From a virus (Duplodnaviria; Caudoviricetes): 36,067 bases of DNA. Positions 7,895-17,092 of the stretch are shown piece by piece. Made by a program: the position numbers and the translations under genes. A model generated the notes under the pieces. The model searched no databases and was not told where the DNA came from. It saw nothing but the letters and a program-made list of their open reading frames with translations. Position 1 is the stretch's first letter; each line of letters opens with the position of its first letter. Where the stretch lies: positions 1-36,067 of IMG/VR virus record IMGVR_UViG_3300027819_000004. One strand, 5' to 3'.

Positions 7895-9220
7895 ATGGCC
7901 GACGCAAACTCCAACCTGAACATAGTCGTGAAGGTGCGCGACGAAGCGAGCGCGGCTTTGAGCCGCCTCTCCGGAGACGTATCGGACCTCGGGGGCTCGC
8001 TAAACTTTGCCGGCGACAAGGCCGGTATTTTGGCGGGCGCCCTCGGGGCCCTGGGCGCAGCGACATTCCTCAAAAGCGCGATAGGAGCCTTCGCCGAGGG
8101 TGAGGCGCAGATGGCGAAGTTCGACGCGATAGTGCGGACGCTCTCCCCGAACCTGCAGACCTTCCGGCACGAGATACTGGAGCTCTCCGACAAGGCCATG
8201 CTCGACTTCGGGTTCAGCAGCGAAACGGCCGCCATATCCCTCGCGCGCCTTTTCCAAGCGACGAAGGAGAGCGACTTCTCCATGCGCGCCTTCCAAGCGG
8301 CGATGGACCTCGCGCGTTTCAAGGGTATAGGGCTCGAGGAGGCCACGCAGGCGCTCATACTCTCGTTTCAAGGCGCCCCGAAGCTCCTGAAACAATTCGG
8401 GATAGACATAGACGAGCACGCGAGCAAGGAAACGATCCTCGCTGCGGTCATGGCGGTGACGGCAGGGCAGGCGCAGGCCTACGCCGGAACCCTCAAGGGG
8501 AGCTTCAACATAATCCACGAGGTATTCACCGAATTCCAAAAGGGAGTAGGTGCGATATTCGCGCCGGCAATAAGAACGTCAATAGAGTGGGTGAAGGAAC
8601 AGGTGAAAGCTATGGGTGGTATGAGCGAGGCGGTGAGGACCCTGCAACCCCTCCTCGTGGGCCTCTCTGTTTTTCTCGGCGGGGTTTTGGTGGTAGGAGC
8701 GACCGCCGGTGCGTTTGCCCTCGCCGGCATGGTGGGAGTGACGGGCACGGTCGTGGCGGCTCTCGCCGCGCTGAGCGCCGCGGTCGCCCTTTTCGTGACG
8801 CTTTGGAAGAATGGCTGGGAGCAGGCGCGCGCCATGCTCGAGATATTTGCAATCAACGTGGAGGCGATATGGACGCGGATAGTTAATTTTATAAGAAACA
8901 ACCCAATATCGAACGCCATATCGGGGACGCTCGGGGCGATAGGCGGCGGCCTGAACGCCGCGAAGGGAGCGGTGGATGCCGGCTGGAAGAAAATCTTCGG
9001 GATGGCCGATGGAGGCATAGTCACGCGGCCTACCCTTGCGATGGTGGGCGAGGCAGGACCCGAGGCGATCATTCCCCTATCCCGCGCGGGCGGCATGGGC
9101 GGCGGCCTGACCGTTATTTTGCAGGGCGACTTTTATGCCGACAGCGAGGTCGCGGAGCGCTGGGGCAACGAGCTCGCGCGCGTGATAAAAAACCAGCTAA
9201 CCCTCGCGCTCCGCGCGTAA
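7895..9220 (+). CDS. Tape measure protein (short, 441 aa)
   Basis: LNIVVKVRDEAS start, Ala/Gly-rich helices, hydrophobic segment, C-terminal ADGGIVTRPTLAMVGEAGPEAIIPL. Confidence 0.9.
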   Translation: MADANSNLNIVVKVRDEASAALSRLSGDVSDLGGSLNFAGDKAGILAGALGALGAATFLKSAIGAFAEGEAQMAKFDAIVRTLSPNLQTFRHEILELSDKAMLDFGFSSETAAISLARLFQATKESDFSMRAFQAAMDLARFKGIGLEEATQALILSFQGAPKLLKQFGIDIDEHASKETILAAVMAVTAGQAQAYAGTLKGSFNIIHEVFTEFQKGVGAIFAPAIRTSIEWVKEQVKAMGGMSEAVRTLQPLLVGLSVFLGGVLVVGATAGAFALAGMVGVTGTVVAALAALSAAVALFVTLWKNGWEQARAMLEIFAINVEAIWTRIVNFIRNNPISNAISGTLGAIGGGLNAAKGAVDAGWKKIFGMADGGIVTRPTLAMVGEAGPEAIIPLSRAGGMGGGLTVILQGDFYADSEVAERWGNELARVIKNQLTLALRA

Positions 9221-9224
9221 CACT

Positions 9225-10649
9225 ATGGCACTCGTTCTCAAAATAAACAGCGTCGACCGGAGCAGTTACGTGAACTGGCCCACGCTGCAAAAGACGGAGG
9301 TGCTGACGAAGGAGGTGGACCGCATGGAGTTTGAGATTATAAAGACGCCCGACAAGAGCTCCATACCGGACGTGGGCGACGACGTGACGCTGACCGAGGG
9401 CAGCACGAAGATATACGGGGGGGCGATAGTGGAGAAGAACGAGGTGATCAAGGGAGGCCTTCTTATCGGCTACCACATGCGTTGCAAGGACTACTCGCAG
9501 TTTCTCGACCGGAAGCTTGTGGTGCGCACCTACGGCACAGTGACCGCGCGCTCCGTCATTTTGGATATAATCTCAACCTATACCACCGGCTTCACCACCG
9601 CGAACGTGCCGGCCGTGACCCCCTTCATCGGCTCGATAAAGTTCAACTACGAGCAGGTGAGCCGCGCCTTCAGCCAGCTGGCCGATCAGGTGGGCTGGGA
9701 CTGGTACGTGGACTACAACAAGGATATTCACTTTATCGAGGAGGACACCACGCCGGCACCCTTCAACCTCGACGACACCGGCGGGAAGTTCGACTGGAAC
9801 TCGCTCGAGATAAACAAGTCCCTGCTGCAGCTGCGGAACGCCGTCTACGTCCGCGGCGGGGAGTATAAAAAAACAATAACCGAGGCGAGCGCCTACGACG
9901 TCTATACGGCAGCCGCGGGCCAGACCACCTTCGCCCTTGCGTTCAAATACGACAATATAACCGTCAAGAAGAACGACGTGGTGCAAACCATAGGCACCGA
10001 CCAGCAGACGGATCCCACCACAGTCAATTTGCTCTACAACTTCAACGAGAAGTTTATAAAGTTTTCGAGCGGCCTGACGGGCGGCGACGTGGTGGAGGTT
10101 TTCGGGGACGCTTTTATACCTATTCTCGCGCTCGTGCGCGACAGCGCGAGCGTGGCGACTTACGGCGAATACCAAGCCGTGCTCGTGGATAAGAGCATAG
10201 TATCGGTGAACGAGGCCCAGACCCGCGCGCGCAACGAGCTCACCAAGTACGCTGCGAGCGTTTTCGAGATGCAGTTCAAGACCCGCGAGACCGGCCTCCG
10301 CGTGGGCCAGTACATAACCCTCACGAGCACGCTCCGGAACATAACGAAAACCTTCAAAATAAACCGTATAGTGGGGAAAGCCCGCGGCTCCGGAGAAATG
10401 ATTTATACTGTATACGGCATAGCATCGGGCGAGATCACCTTCATAGACATACTCGCCCACCTCCTCGGGCAGGACAAGAAAAACATCACGATAGCCGCGA
10501 ACGAGGTGCTCCAAACGATAGAAACTATGGCGGAAACAGTCCTTCTTGTGGATGCCACGGGAACCCCGAGCGCGAAGAAAGGGCCGTATGCTTGGAGCGC
10601 CGTCACCACCGGCACCCCCTTCGGTTGGGGATTTGGATCATGGTCATGA
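9225..10649 (+). CDS. Tail tip/baseplate hub protein
   Basis: 474 aa after the tape measure; WYVDYNKDIHF, NAVYVRG, SVATYG and GLRVGQYI hub-like motifs. Confidence 0.7.
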   Translation: MALVLKINSVDRSSYVNWPTLQKTEVLTKEVDRMEFEIIKTPDKSSIPDVGDDVTLTEGSTKIYGGAIVEKNEVIKGGLLIGYHMRCKDYSQFLDRKLVVRTYGTVTARSVILDIISTYTTGFTTANVPAVTPFIGSIKFNYEQVSRAFSQLADQVGWDWYVDYNKDIHFIEEDTTPAPFNLDDTGGKFDWNSLEINKSLLQLRNAVYVRGGEYKKTITEASAYDVYTAAAGQTTFALAFKYDNITVKKNDVVQTIGTDQQTDPTTVNLLYNFNEKFIKFSSGLTGGDVVEVFGDAFIPILALVRDSASVATYGEYQAVLVDKSIVSVNEAQTRARNELTKYAASVFEMQFKTRETGLRVGQYITLTSTLRNITKTFKINRIVGKARGSGEMIYTVYGIASGEITFIDILAHLLGQDKKNITIAANEVLQTIETMAETVLLVDATGTPSAKKGPYAWSAVTTGTPFGWGFGSWS

Positions 10650-11221
10650 ATATACACGAAAACAAAACGGGCATTATAGGCATCGTCACCGTGCGGCAGC
10701 ACCCCGCCGGCACGATAGACGCGCTGAACGCCATCCTCAAAAACCAGCCGAAGAATGCGGGAGGCGCTGCGGTTATTCCTGACGAGGCGGCGGCCATATT
10801 GCAGAACGGCCGGATAGCGACCAGCGATCACAATATAGTGGTGGTGAGCACCGACCGCGGAAGGAATCTTATAGTCCAGAAGCTCGCCGGCGTGGACGCT
10901 TACACCATGCACGTGACCCACGGCGACATAGGCACCTCAACCGGAACGGCAACGGCGGCAGACACGCAGATCGGCACGGCCGTGGCGAGGGCCGCCCTCG
11001 CCGGCTACACAGTAAGCAGCAACGTGGTGACGCTGCAGTTCTTCTTCGCGGACTCCGCCCTCGCCAACAACACCTACAGGGAGTTCGGGACCTTCGTGGA
11101 CGGCGCGACCGGCACCAGCACCGGCCGCCTTTTCAATCACGCGTCATTTTCGAGCGCCTATGTCAAGACCAGCGGGGTGGACACCACGATAGAGGTGACG
11201 ATAACGCTCACCTCGAGCTAA
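10646..11221 (+). CDS. Tail/baseplate structural protein, paralogous to 34309-34929
   Basis: ATGA overlap with the hub gene; HNIVV, IGTSTGTATAADTQIG, REFG and LFNHA motifs. Confidence 0.65.
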   Translation: MNIHENKTGIIGIVTVRQHPAGTIDALNAILKNQPKNAGGAAVIPDEAAAILQNGRIATSDHNIVVVSTDRGRNLIVQKLAGVDAYTMHVTHGDIGTSTGTATAADTQIGTAVARAALAGYTVSSNVVTLQFFFADSALANNTYREFGTFVDGATGTSTGRLFNHASFSSAYVKTSGVDTTIEVTITLTSS

Positions 11222-11236
11222 ACAGTCGAGCAAAAA

Positions 11237-11245
11237 TGCTACACT
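11237..11245 (+). promoter_or_regulatory. Extended -10 box TGcTACACT, 7 nt before the fibre ATG
   Basis: Same 14-mer as 1153-1166. Confidence 0.55.
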
Positions 11246-11252
11246 AAAAACC

Positions 11253-12329
11253 ATGAGAAGCGGCACAGTGGCGGGCAACGATCAGGCGACCGCCGTACAG
11301 TACAACAATCTCCGGAGCGACGCGCAGGCCGCATCGCGCCTTTTGGCCCACGAGCAAAGCTCCCCCAACCTGACCCTCTACGTCGAAGCCGGCACGGTGT
11401 ACTTCAACGATACCTCAATAAACTACGCCGGAGGCAGCAGCCCGAGCTTCGGAACACCAAGCGGAAACCCGAGAATATCGCTCCTCGTAATAAACAAGAG
11501 CGGCACCCTTTCCATAGTGGCGGGCACGCCGGCGGCAAGCCCGACCACGCCGGACTACCCGAGCGACAAGATGGTGCTGTGCGAGGTGTACGAGCGCACC
11601 GCGCAGACTACGATCCGCGACACCGACACGGCGAATCAGGGCTATATCCAGCGGGACTCTCGGCCGGCCGTGCAGGTGTACATTGAGCAGCGGCAGCACG
11701 TTGGGTTCAACTTCGAAACCGCCGCGAGATACCTTGTGGGCACCGCCCAAGCGGGATCCAGCGTGACCTTTAGCGACGGGAGCGCAGGCGGCGCGGTAAA
11801 CCTCTCAAAAGGCAACACCAGCACGGGCTACGCCTCCCTCCGGATGACGATGGGGGGGTTCACGACCTACGCTACGTTCTTTGATCAGGATCCGGAGATT
11901 TTCGCCTTCGCGCAGATACCCTCCGCACCCACCGGCACCGCGAGCGTGTACATAGTTTGCGGCAACCTAAACGTGGCCGTGGACGCGCTCACCCAGCGCC
12001 ACTTCGGATTCGAGATAGAAAACCACAACGGCAGCGCCCGCGCGGTGGCGACGTGGGCGGACGGCACAACCCGCGGGACAGCGGTGGTGCTGGAAGGCGT
12101 CGCCATTCTCGACGGGCACCGGCTCTACGCGAAGCTTTACAGCGCACGAAAGATAGAATTTTGGATAGACGGGTCGCTTCTCCGCACGACCACTACAAAC
12201 CTTCCCAGCGGCCCCCTCTCGAGCGCACTGAACATAGCGGGCTACGCGGCGATAAAAGGAACGGAGGGCACGGGAACACAGGAGCTTTATCTGGGTCCGG
12301 TCGAGGTGACGTGGAAGTATAAGTCATAG
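11253..12329 (+). CDS. Putative tail fibre/receptor-binding protein
   Basis: N-terminal A.QYNNLRSD, PNLTLYVEAG and NPRISLLVI fibre-anchor pattern; beta-rich C-terminal domain; last tail gene. Confidence 0.6.
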   Translation: MRSGTVAGNDQATAVQYNNLRSDAQAASRLLAHEQSSPNLTLYVEAGTVYFNDTSINYAGGSSPSFGTPSGNPRISLLVINKSGTLSIVAGTPAASPTTPDYPSDKMVLCEVYERTAQTTIRDTDTANQGYIQRDSRPAVQVYIEQRQHVGFNFETAARYLVGTAQAGSSVTFSDGSAGGAVNLSKGNTSTGYASLRMTMGGFTTYATFFDQDPEIFAFAQIPSAPTGTASVYIVCGNLNVAVDALTQRHFGFEIENHNGSARAVATWADGTTRGTAVVLEGVAILDGHRLYAKLYSARKIEFWIDGSLLRTTTTNLPSGPLSSALNIAGYAAIKGTEGTGTQELYLGPVEVTWKYKS

Positions 12330-12333
12330 CGCC

Positions 12334-12537
12334 ATGCCGGACGAATTCTACAAGGAGCGCTTCTTTCAAGAGTTAGAAAAGCGACTCGACGTAATGTCTT
12401 CAAACATCACCACGACTGCGAAGGACGTGGCCGACATAAAGGCGAAGATGAGCTGGGTATTCGGGATGGCCGCGGGGGTGACGCTTGTGGTGAACGTCGC
12501 GTGGCGCTTTATTACCGAGGGCATTACAAAAAAATGA
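12334..12537 (+). CDS. Small coiled-coil plus single-TM protein (XhlA/holin-like)
   Basis: 67 aa with hydrophobic C-terminus WVFGMAAGVTLVVNVAW; directly before the endolysin. Confidence 0.55.
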   Translation: MPDEFYKERFFQELEKRLDVMSSNITTTAKDVADIKAKMSWVFGMAAGVTLVVNVAWRFITEGITKK

Positions 12538-13673
12538 ATAAAGTACAAACCCCGCCCATAGCCTTCGGCGGCGTGCAATCGATCCCCGACTATCGCGACA
12601 TTCCGCTTTCGGCCGTTCTCGGCGTGCCCTCAAAACTCCCTAACCGCTACCACGCGCCCACCGATAACTTGCCTATTTGGGATCAGAAACGTATAGGATC
12701 CTGCGTAGGACACGCGACCGGAAAGAAAAAACAGACGCAGGAATTTATAGAGATGCAGGGGATGGTCCCGATAAATCCCCGCTTTGGCTATGCCCTCGCT
12801 AAAGCCGAGGACGGCCTGCCGATAGAAGGAACCTACTACCGGCTTGGAGTGAAGATGCTTGAAAAATACGGCGCCCCGCCGGAGATCCCTGAGTACAAGA
12901 ACGACTGCGATCTCACTCACGCCGAGTATGTAAATCTTGCAAGGATCCCACAAAAAGCATACGATCTCGCGAAACAATACAAAATAAAAAGCTACGCCTT
13001 CGTAGGCGGCAAAGAAATAACCGAGGAGCAGCTCATGCAGGCGATCGTTCAAAGCGACGGGGTTCTTATGGGCGTACAGCTTGGCCGAGAGTGGTGGACG
13101 GACAAAAGCGGAGTATGGTCTTTCAAACAGCAAGACATACTTCCCCTCCGGCCGCCGGCCGCGGCCGCCTCGGGCCATGCGATTTTTGTGGACGGATATG
13201 AGGTGGTGGGAGATAGCCGCCTCCGGATAACCTTCATAAACTCGTGGGGCAAGGAGTGGGGCAGTGAAGGGCGCGGCTGGTTTTATTTCGATGAGTACCA
13301 ACCCTTCATAACCGAAGCGTGGAGCGCGATAGATCTGCCGAATGACTGGCTGGAAAAAGTAAAGAAGCTCCCGAGCGCCGATACTTTCCGGCATAGTTTC
13401 AACTACGACTTTGCCCTCGGCCTTCGGGGCGAAGAAGTGACCGCCCTCCAAACCGCGCTCATGATAGACGGGGAGTTTTCGCAGGAGCTTTATATTCAGA
13501 TCTTGAGCGAGGAACAGCTGGGGTACTATGGGCAAATCACAAAAAAGGCGGTGAGGGATTTCCAGTTTAAATACAAGGTCGCCTCACTAGCTGAGCTCCT
13601 TCTTGTGAACGGTCGACGGGTGGGAGAGAAAACGCGGAAGAAACTAAACGAATTATTTGCACCAAAAATATGA
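12534..13673 (+). CDS. Papain-family (C1) cysteine peptidase with C-terminal peptidoglycan-binding domain; putative endolysin
   Basis: DQ..IGSCVGHA (Gln, Cys), GHAIFVDGY (His), NSWGKEWG (Asn); G.RGEEVTALQ.AL...GYYGQITKKAVRDFQ resembles PG_binding_1. Confidence 0.85.
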   Translation: MNKVQTPPIAFGGVQSIPDYRDIPLSAVLGVPSKLPNRYHAPTDNLPIWDQKRIGSCVGHATGKKKQTQEFIEMQGMVPINPRFGYALAKAEDGLPIEGTYYRLGVKMLEKYGAPPEIPEYKNDCDLTHAEYVNLARIPQKAYDLAKQYKIKSYAFVGGKEITEEQLMQAIVQSDGVLMGVQLGREWWTDKSGVWSFKQQDILPLRPPAAAASGHAIFVDGYEVVGDSRLRITFINSWGKEWGSEGRGWFYFDEYQPFITEAWSAIDLPNDWLEKVKKLPSADTFRHSFNYDFALGLRGEEVTALQTALMIDGEFSQELYIQILSEEQLGYYGQITKKAVRDFQFKYKVASLAELLLVNGRRVGEKTRKKLNELFAPKI

Positions 13674-13879
13674 CACCAGAATCACGCAAGCAACTCGCGG
13701 AGCAGTTTGTGAAGCGCCTTAAATCGTTTCTTTGGAGAGCGGCGGCGATGCTCGCCGCGCTCGTGGTAAGCTTTCTTCTCGACAATATAGCGGCGTTCCA
13801 GCTTTCTCCGGAGGCGACGATCCTCATAGGGCTTATCCTCGGGGAAATATCGAAGTGGCTGAATCCCAAAGCGGCGTAG
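13670..13879 (+). CDS. Holin-like two-TM protein
   Basis: 69 aa, RLKSFLWR followed by two hydrophobic helices; inside the lysis cluster. Confidence 0.65.
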   Translation: MTPESRKQLAEQFVKRLKSFLWRAAAMLAALVVSFLLDNIAAFQLSPEATILIGLILGEISKWLNPKAA

Positions 13880-13910
13880 CGCGCCGGCGGCCGCGAGAGC
13901 GCCGCCGACA

Positions 13911-14384
13911 ATGCTTAAAATCTTTCTTGCGACCACGGCGGCCGCAATAGTCGCAGTAAGCGCAATAACAGCGGATGCACAGCGCACCGCGCAAGCAGAG
14001 CTGAGCGCGCTATCGCGAAACCGAGTGGAGCTACGAACGCTGAACGAGAAGGAGGTGATGCAGATGTTTCTTCTCGAGGAGGTCCGCCGGCAGGCACTCG
14101 CCTTCCGCGACTACCGGATCTTGAAAGAGGTGATCCAATGCGAGAGCGGCTGGCGGCAATACCGGAAGGATGGCCGGCTGGTAGTATCGAGCGGTAACAT
14201 AGGCCTCGGCCAGATAAACCGCAGTGCGCACGAGCGAACCTATACAGCGATGAAGCTCGACGTGAAAGGGACCAAAGACAATCTCCGCTTCGTCGTTTTT
14301 CTCTACAAGCGCGACGGCCTGCGCCCGTGGCGGCAATGGTCGGGCCATTGCTGGGAACCCAGAATTGAGGGGTTGCTTCACTAG
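13911..14384 (+). CDS. Lytic transglycosylase (SLT/lysozyme-like fold) with N-terminal signal or anchor
   Basis: IQCESG (catalytic Glu), GLGQIN and G..PW..S..CW motifs; hydrophobic N-terminus. Confidence 0.8.
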   Translation: MLKIFLATTAAAIVAVSAITADAQRTAQAELSALSRNRVELRTLNEKEVMQMFLLEEVRRQALAFRDYRILKEVIQCESGWRQYRKDGRLVVSSGNIGLGQINRSAHERTYTAMKLDVKGTKDNLRFVVFLYKRDGLRPWRQWSGHCWEPRIEGLLH

Positions 14385-14416
14385 ACGGTCTCCGGTGGAA
14401 ACCGGAGCCGGTCTAG
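14381..14416 (+). other. GNRA-capped hairpin at the end of the lysis cluster
   Basis: CTAGAC..CTCCGGT-GGAA-ACCGGAG..GTCTAG. Confidence 0.6.
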
Positions 14417-14461
14417 GCGAAAGAACCATCGCCTACTCCGCACCTTCACAAAAAGGAACGT

Positions 14462-14614
14462 ATGAAACTAAAGCCGAAAAAAGGCGCGTACCGCGCAGCC
14501 AAAACCAGAGCCGCGGAACCCCGCAGGATAAGCGTCCAAGTGAGCGCACCGATAAAGTTTACTCTGGGGGTCAATGACTTTCGGGACACATGGCACCCGC
14601 CGAGGCGGGACTAG
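14462..14614 (+). CDS. Possible 50-aa basic protein
   Basis: ATG 14462 to TAG 14614, preceded by AAAAGGAAC; no recognisable motif. Confidence 0.3.
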   Translation: MKLKPKKGAYRAAKTRAAEPRRISVQVSAPIKFTLGVNDFRDTWHPPRRD

Positions 14615-14636
14615 GGCGCGCGCGTGGGGGCAAAAA

Positions 14637-14681
14637 GAGGGGCGTTTAAGGAAAACGGAAACGCCCCTCGATTTTATTTTT
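14637..14681 (+). terminator. Intrinsic terminator ending the late operon (possibly bidirectional)
   Basis: 11-bp perfect stem GAGGGGCGTTT/AAACGCCCCTC followed by ATTTTATTTTT and preceded by an A5 run. Confidence 0.7.
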
Positions 14682-14806
14682 AAGAGGAGTTTTTTGGTAA
14701 AACACCCAGAAGCCCACCCAAGCTCCTAAAGAGCTCCTAACGACCATATACATAGAATAAAGGGCATCCCCGCTTCCCTATAGGAGCGGGGCTTTGCGTT
14801 TTTATC

Positions 14807-14867
14807 CGGCAAAACAATCCGGCAACGTATTGCGGCAATAGTCAAGGCGTTGCCGCTTACCTTGCCG
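14807..14867. repeat. Array of five CGGCAA boxes (three direct, two inverted)
   Basis: CGGCAA at 14807, 14820 and 14833; TTGCCG at 14850 and 14862. Confidence 0.7.
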
Positions 14868-14897
14868 TATTTGTGCACACTAGACAACCGACAGAAC

Positions 14898-14926
14898 TCG
14901 ACACGCACCGGAAAGTGGAGTATCAT
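14898..14926 (+). promoter_or_regulatory. Sigma70-type promoter of the early operon
   Basis: TCGACA-N17-TATCAT upstream of the first early ORF (14962). Confidence 0.6.
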
Positions 14927-14961
14927 GTGAATATAAAAGGTCGAGAATTAATAAAACAAAG

Positions 14962-15141
14962 ATGCAAATTTCAAAGCAGCAGGGCAGGCAGATCCGGAGC
15001 GCGATGAGCACGATGGACAGGGAGCAAAAGCAAACCTTCTTCCTTTCGCTTCTCGGGTACGCGCCCAGAGGCAAGCGAGAGCGAAAGTGCGAAGGCGACG
15101 GGAAGTGCGGCGGCAGGTGTGAGTTCGGGTGCGAGAAGTAA
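14962..15141 (+). CDS. 59-aa hypothetical protein with four C-terminal Cys
   Basis: ATG 14962 to TAA 15141; follows the promoter and a GGTCGA motif; C-x5-C-x3-C-x3-C. Confidence 0.6.
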   Translation: MQISKQQGRQIRSAMSTMDREQKQTFFLSLLGYAPRGKRERKCEGDGKCGGRCEFGCEK

Positions 15142-15168
15142 AAAGGCGAGATACAAAATAACCAACCC

Positions 15169-15375
15169 ATGCAGCAATTTGAAACGAGGGTGGAGGCGGC
15201 CCGCAACAACGTGGAGCAAATCAAGCGAGCACTCCGGACCGGCGCCCTTTCCTACGAGGACGCGCGAGAAGAAGCCGAGCTCCCGCTCCACATTCTGAAC
15301 CAGAAGGCGCGGGAGATAGCCCGAGAGCACAGCGCCAAGTTCCGGCCGCTGAGCTTCGCGGTACTGATGCGATGA
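15169..15375 (+). CDS. Hypothetical protein (68 aa)
   Basis: Packed operon with an ATGA overlap into the next gene. Confidence 0.7.
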   Translation: MQQFETRVEAARNNVEQIKRALRTGALSYEDAREEAELPLHILNQKAREIAREHSAKFRPLSFAVLMR

Positions 15376-15548
15376 AAAACTACTACATCAAGATCACCGT
15401 GCCCGATCCATACCCGAAGATTTACGAGACAACCGGCAAGGGGTCAACGGCCGAGCTCGCAATCAAGAGGGCACTGAAAAAATGGCGGAGCGAAAACTGG
15501 AAGCGGCGGCCGCTGCCAGAGGGCACAATTTACTTCAAGAAGATATGA
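15372..15548 (+). CDS. Hypothetical basic protein (58 aa, absent from the ORF track)
   Basis: MKNYYIKITVPDPYPK...; ATGA overlaps at both ends. Confidence 0.7.
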   Translation: MKNYYIKITVPDPYPKIYETTGKGSTAELAIKRALKKWRSENWKRRPLPEGTIYFKKI

Positions 15549-15769
15549 AAGAACTACAGATTGGTTACAGGGTGCTCAAAAAAAAGGGCAGCACCATAAC
15601 GAAGGCGGAGCTCCTCGAAGTTAGCATTGTTCCGAATAGAAAGTGGAAAGCCAACGTGACCCCAAAGTACGGCCTCATGCTGAAATACCTCCGCCGGATC
15701 CTTCCTCCGGCGGAGCTGGAGCGAATAAAAGAACTGGTCCGAAAATTAAAACCAAAAACAAAACGATGA
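15545..15769 (+). CDS. Hypothetical basic protein (74 aa)
   Basis: MKELQIGYRVLKK...; ATGA overlaps at both ends. Confidence 0.65.
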   Translation: MKELQIGYRVLKKKGSTITKAELLEVSIVPNRKWKANVTPKYGLMLKYLRRILPPAELERIKELVRKLKPKTKR

Positions 15770-16575
15770 GCAAGATAGAAGCAATCATACGCGCGGCGTT
15801 CGACTGGAGCCTGCCCTTCCGCGCCCTATGGCGGAAGTTTCCGGTGGGCTCGTTTGAACTGCGAAGCAAGTTTGACGCCTTCCCCCGCCCCGCCCACGCC
15901 TACGGCATGCTGCGCGCGGTGCGGGAGGCGAAGGCACTCGGGATATCGGGGATTACGGCTATAGAGTTCGGAGTGGCGAACGGCGAGGGATTCTTCGCTA
16001 TGGAAAGAATGGCAAAGCAGCTCAAGAAGGAGTACGGCGTCCACGTGGAGGTTGTGGGCTTCGACAGCGGGGCCGGATTGCTCAAACCAACCGACTACCG
16101 AGACGTGCCGAGCTACTGGCGCGAGGGCGATTTCCCGCTAAACCCGAAGCTCCGCGGGCGCAGCGACATTCGGATAGGAGACGTGAAGGACACTGTGCCG
16201 AAATTCATTGAGGACACGAAATTTAGGAAAGAGGTGTCGGCTTACGCGCGAGTGCCGCAGATAGGGTTCGTGGCCTTCGACCTCGACGCCTACACGCCGA
16301 CAGTCCACGCGTTGAAGGTGCTAGACCAGATGGAGACACTCCCGCGGGTGTACTGCTACTTCGACGACGTGGTGAGCGACGTGATGCCTTTCAACCGGCA
16401 TGTTGGGGAGCTGCTCGCGATAGACGAGTGGAACGAGACACACCAGAACGCGAAGCTCGCGCAAATAAACGGGCTCTATGCGACGCGGTACTTCCGCAGC
16501 CGGTGGCCGGAATCGCTCTACGTTTGCCACCAGTTCGACCACCCGCGCTATAACGACGACATCACACGAGCATGA
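15766..16575 (+). CDS. TylF/MycF-like class I SAM-dependent O-methyltransferase
   Basis: IEFGVANG, GFDSGAGL, GDVKDTVPKF, IGFVAFDLDAYTPT and YFDD motifs. Confidence 0.75.
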   Translation: MSKIEAIIRAAFDWSLPFRALWRKFPVGSFELRSKFDAFPRPAHAYGMLRAVREAKALGISGITAIEFGVANGEGFFAMERMAKQLKKEYGVHVEVVGFDSGAGLLKPTDYRDVPSYWREGDFPLNPKLRGRSDIRIGDVKDTVPKFIEDTKFRKEVSAYARVPQIGFVAFDLDAYTPTVHALKVLDQMETLPRVYCYFDDVVSDVMPFNRHVGELLAIDEWNETHQNAKLAQINGLYATRYFRSRWPESLYVCHQFDHPRYNDDITRA

Positions 16576-16826
16576 ACATGCCACGCTTGCGTACTTTTGA
16601 GAAAGGAAAATGCCGGCGGTGCGGCGCCACAATACCCGACCGTTTCTGGAACCCGCGCTACTGCTGGGTGTGCCGGCGCATAGAACGGACCAGAGCCATA
16701 GTGGTGATCATGGGGGGGGTATTCTCGCTTGTCGTCTACGCCGCGACGCTCAGCGCAACGGCGGTGCTTATTTTCGGGGTTATCTACATCCTCATCGGGC
16801 GAGCGATAATAAAGAACCAAACATGA
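16572..16826 (+). CDS. Zinc-ribbon membrane protein
   Basis: CRRC...CWVC followed by about 38 hydrophobic residues. Confidence 0.65.
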   Translation: MNMPRLRTFEKGKCRRCGATIPDRFWNPRYCWVCRRIERTRAIVVIMGGVFSLVVYAATLSATAVLIFGVIYILIGRAIIKNQT

Positions 16827-17092
16827 GCCGAGAGGACTTCGTGAACGAGGGCTACAAGGAGGCGCAGCGGGCGCGGCGAGAGAAGCGCCTGCCGGTACGG
16901 ACGGGCGAGATCCTCGCGCTGCGCGCGCAGGGGTACAAGGTGGAGCGGAAAACCGAGTATCATTTCCGAGTGAACGGCACGATAGACCTGTGGCCCATCC
17001 ACAACCGCTGGCACAACATAAAGACCGGCGAGCGCGGCGGAGCGCGGAATCTCGCGGAATTCATACGACAAAAATTGAAATGCTCGAAATAA
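16823..17092 (+). CDS. Hypothetical protein (89 aa)
   Basis: MSREDFVNEGYKEAQRARREKR...IDLWP...W; ATGA overlap. Confidence 0.7.
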   Translation: MSREDFVNEGYKEAQRARREKRLPVRTGEILALRAQGYKVERKTEYHFRVNGTIDLWPIHNRWHNIKTGERGGARNLAEFIRQKLKCSK

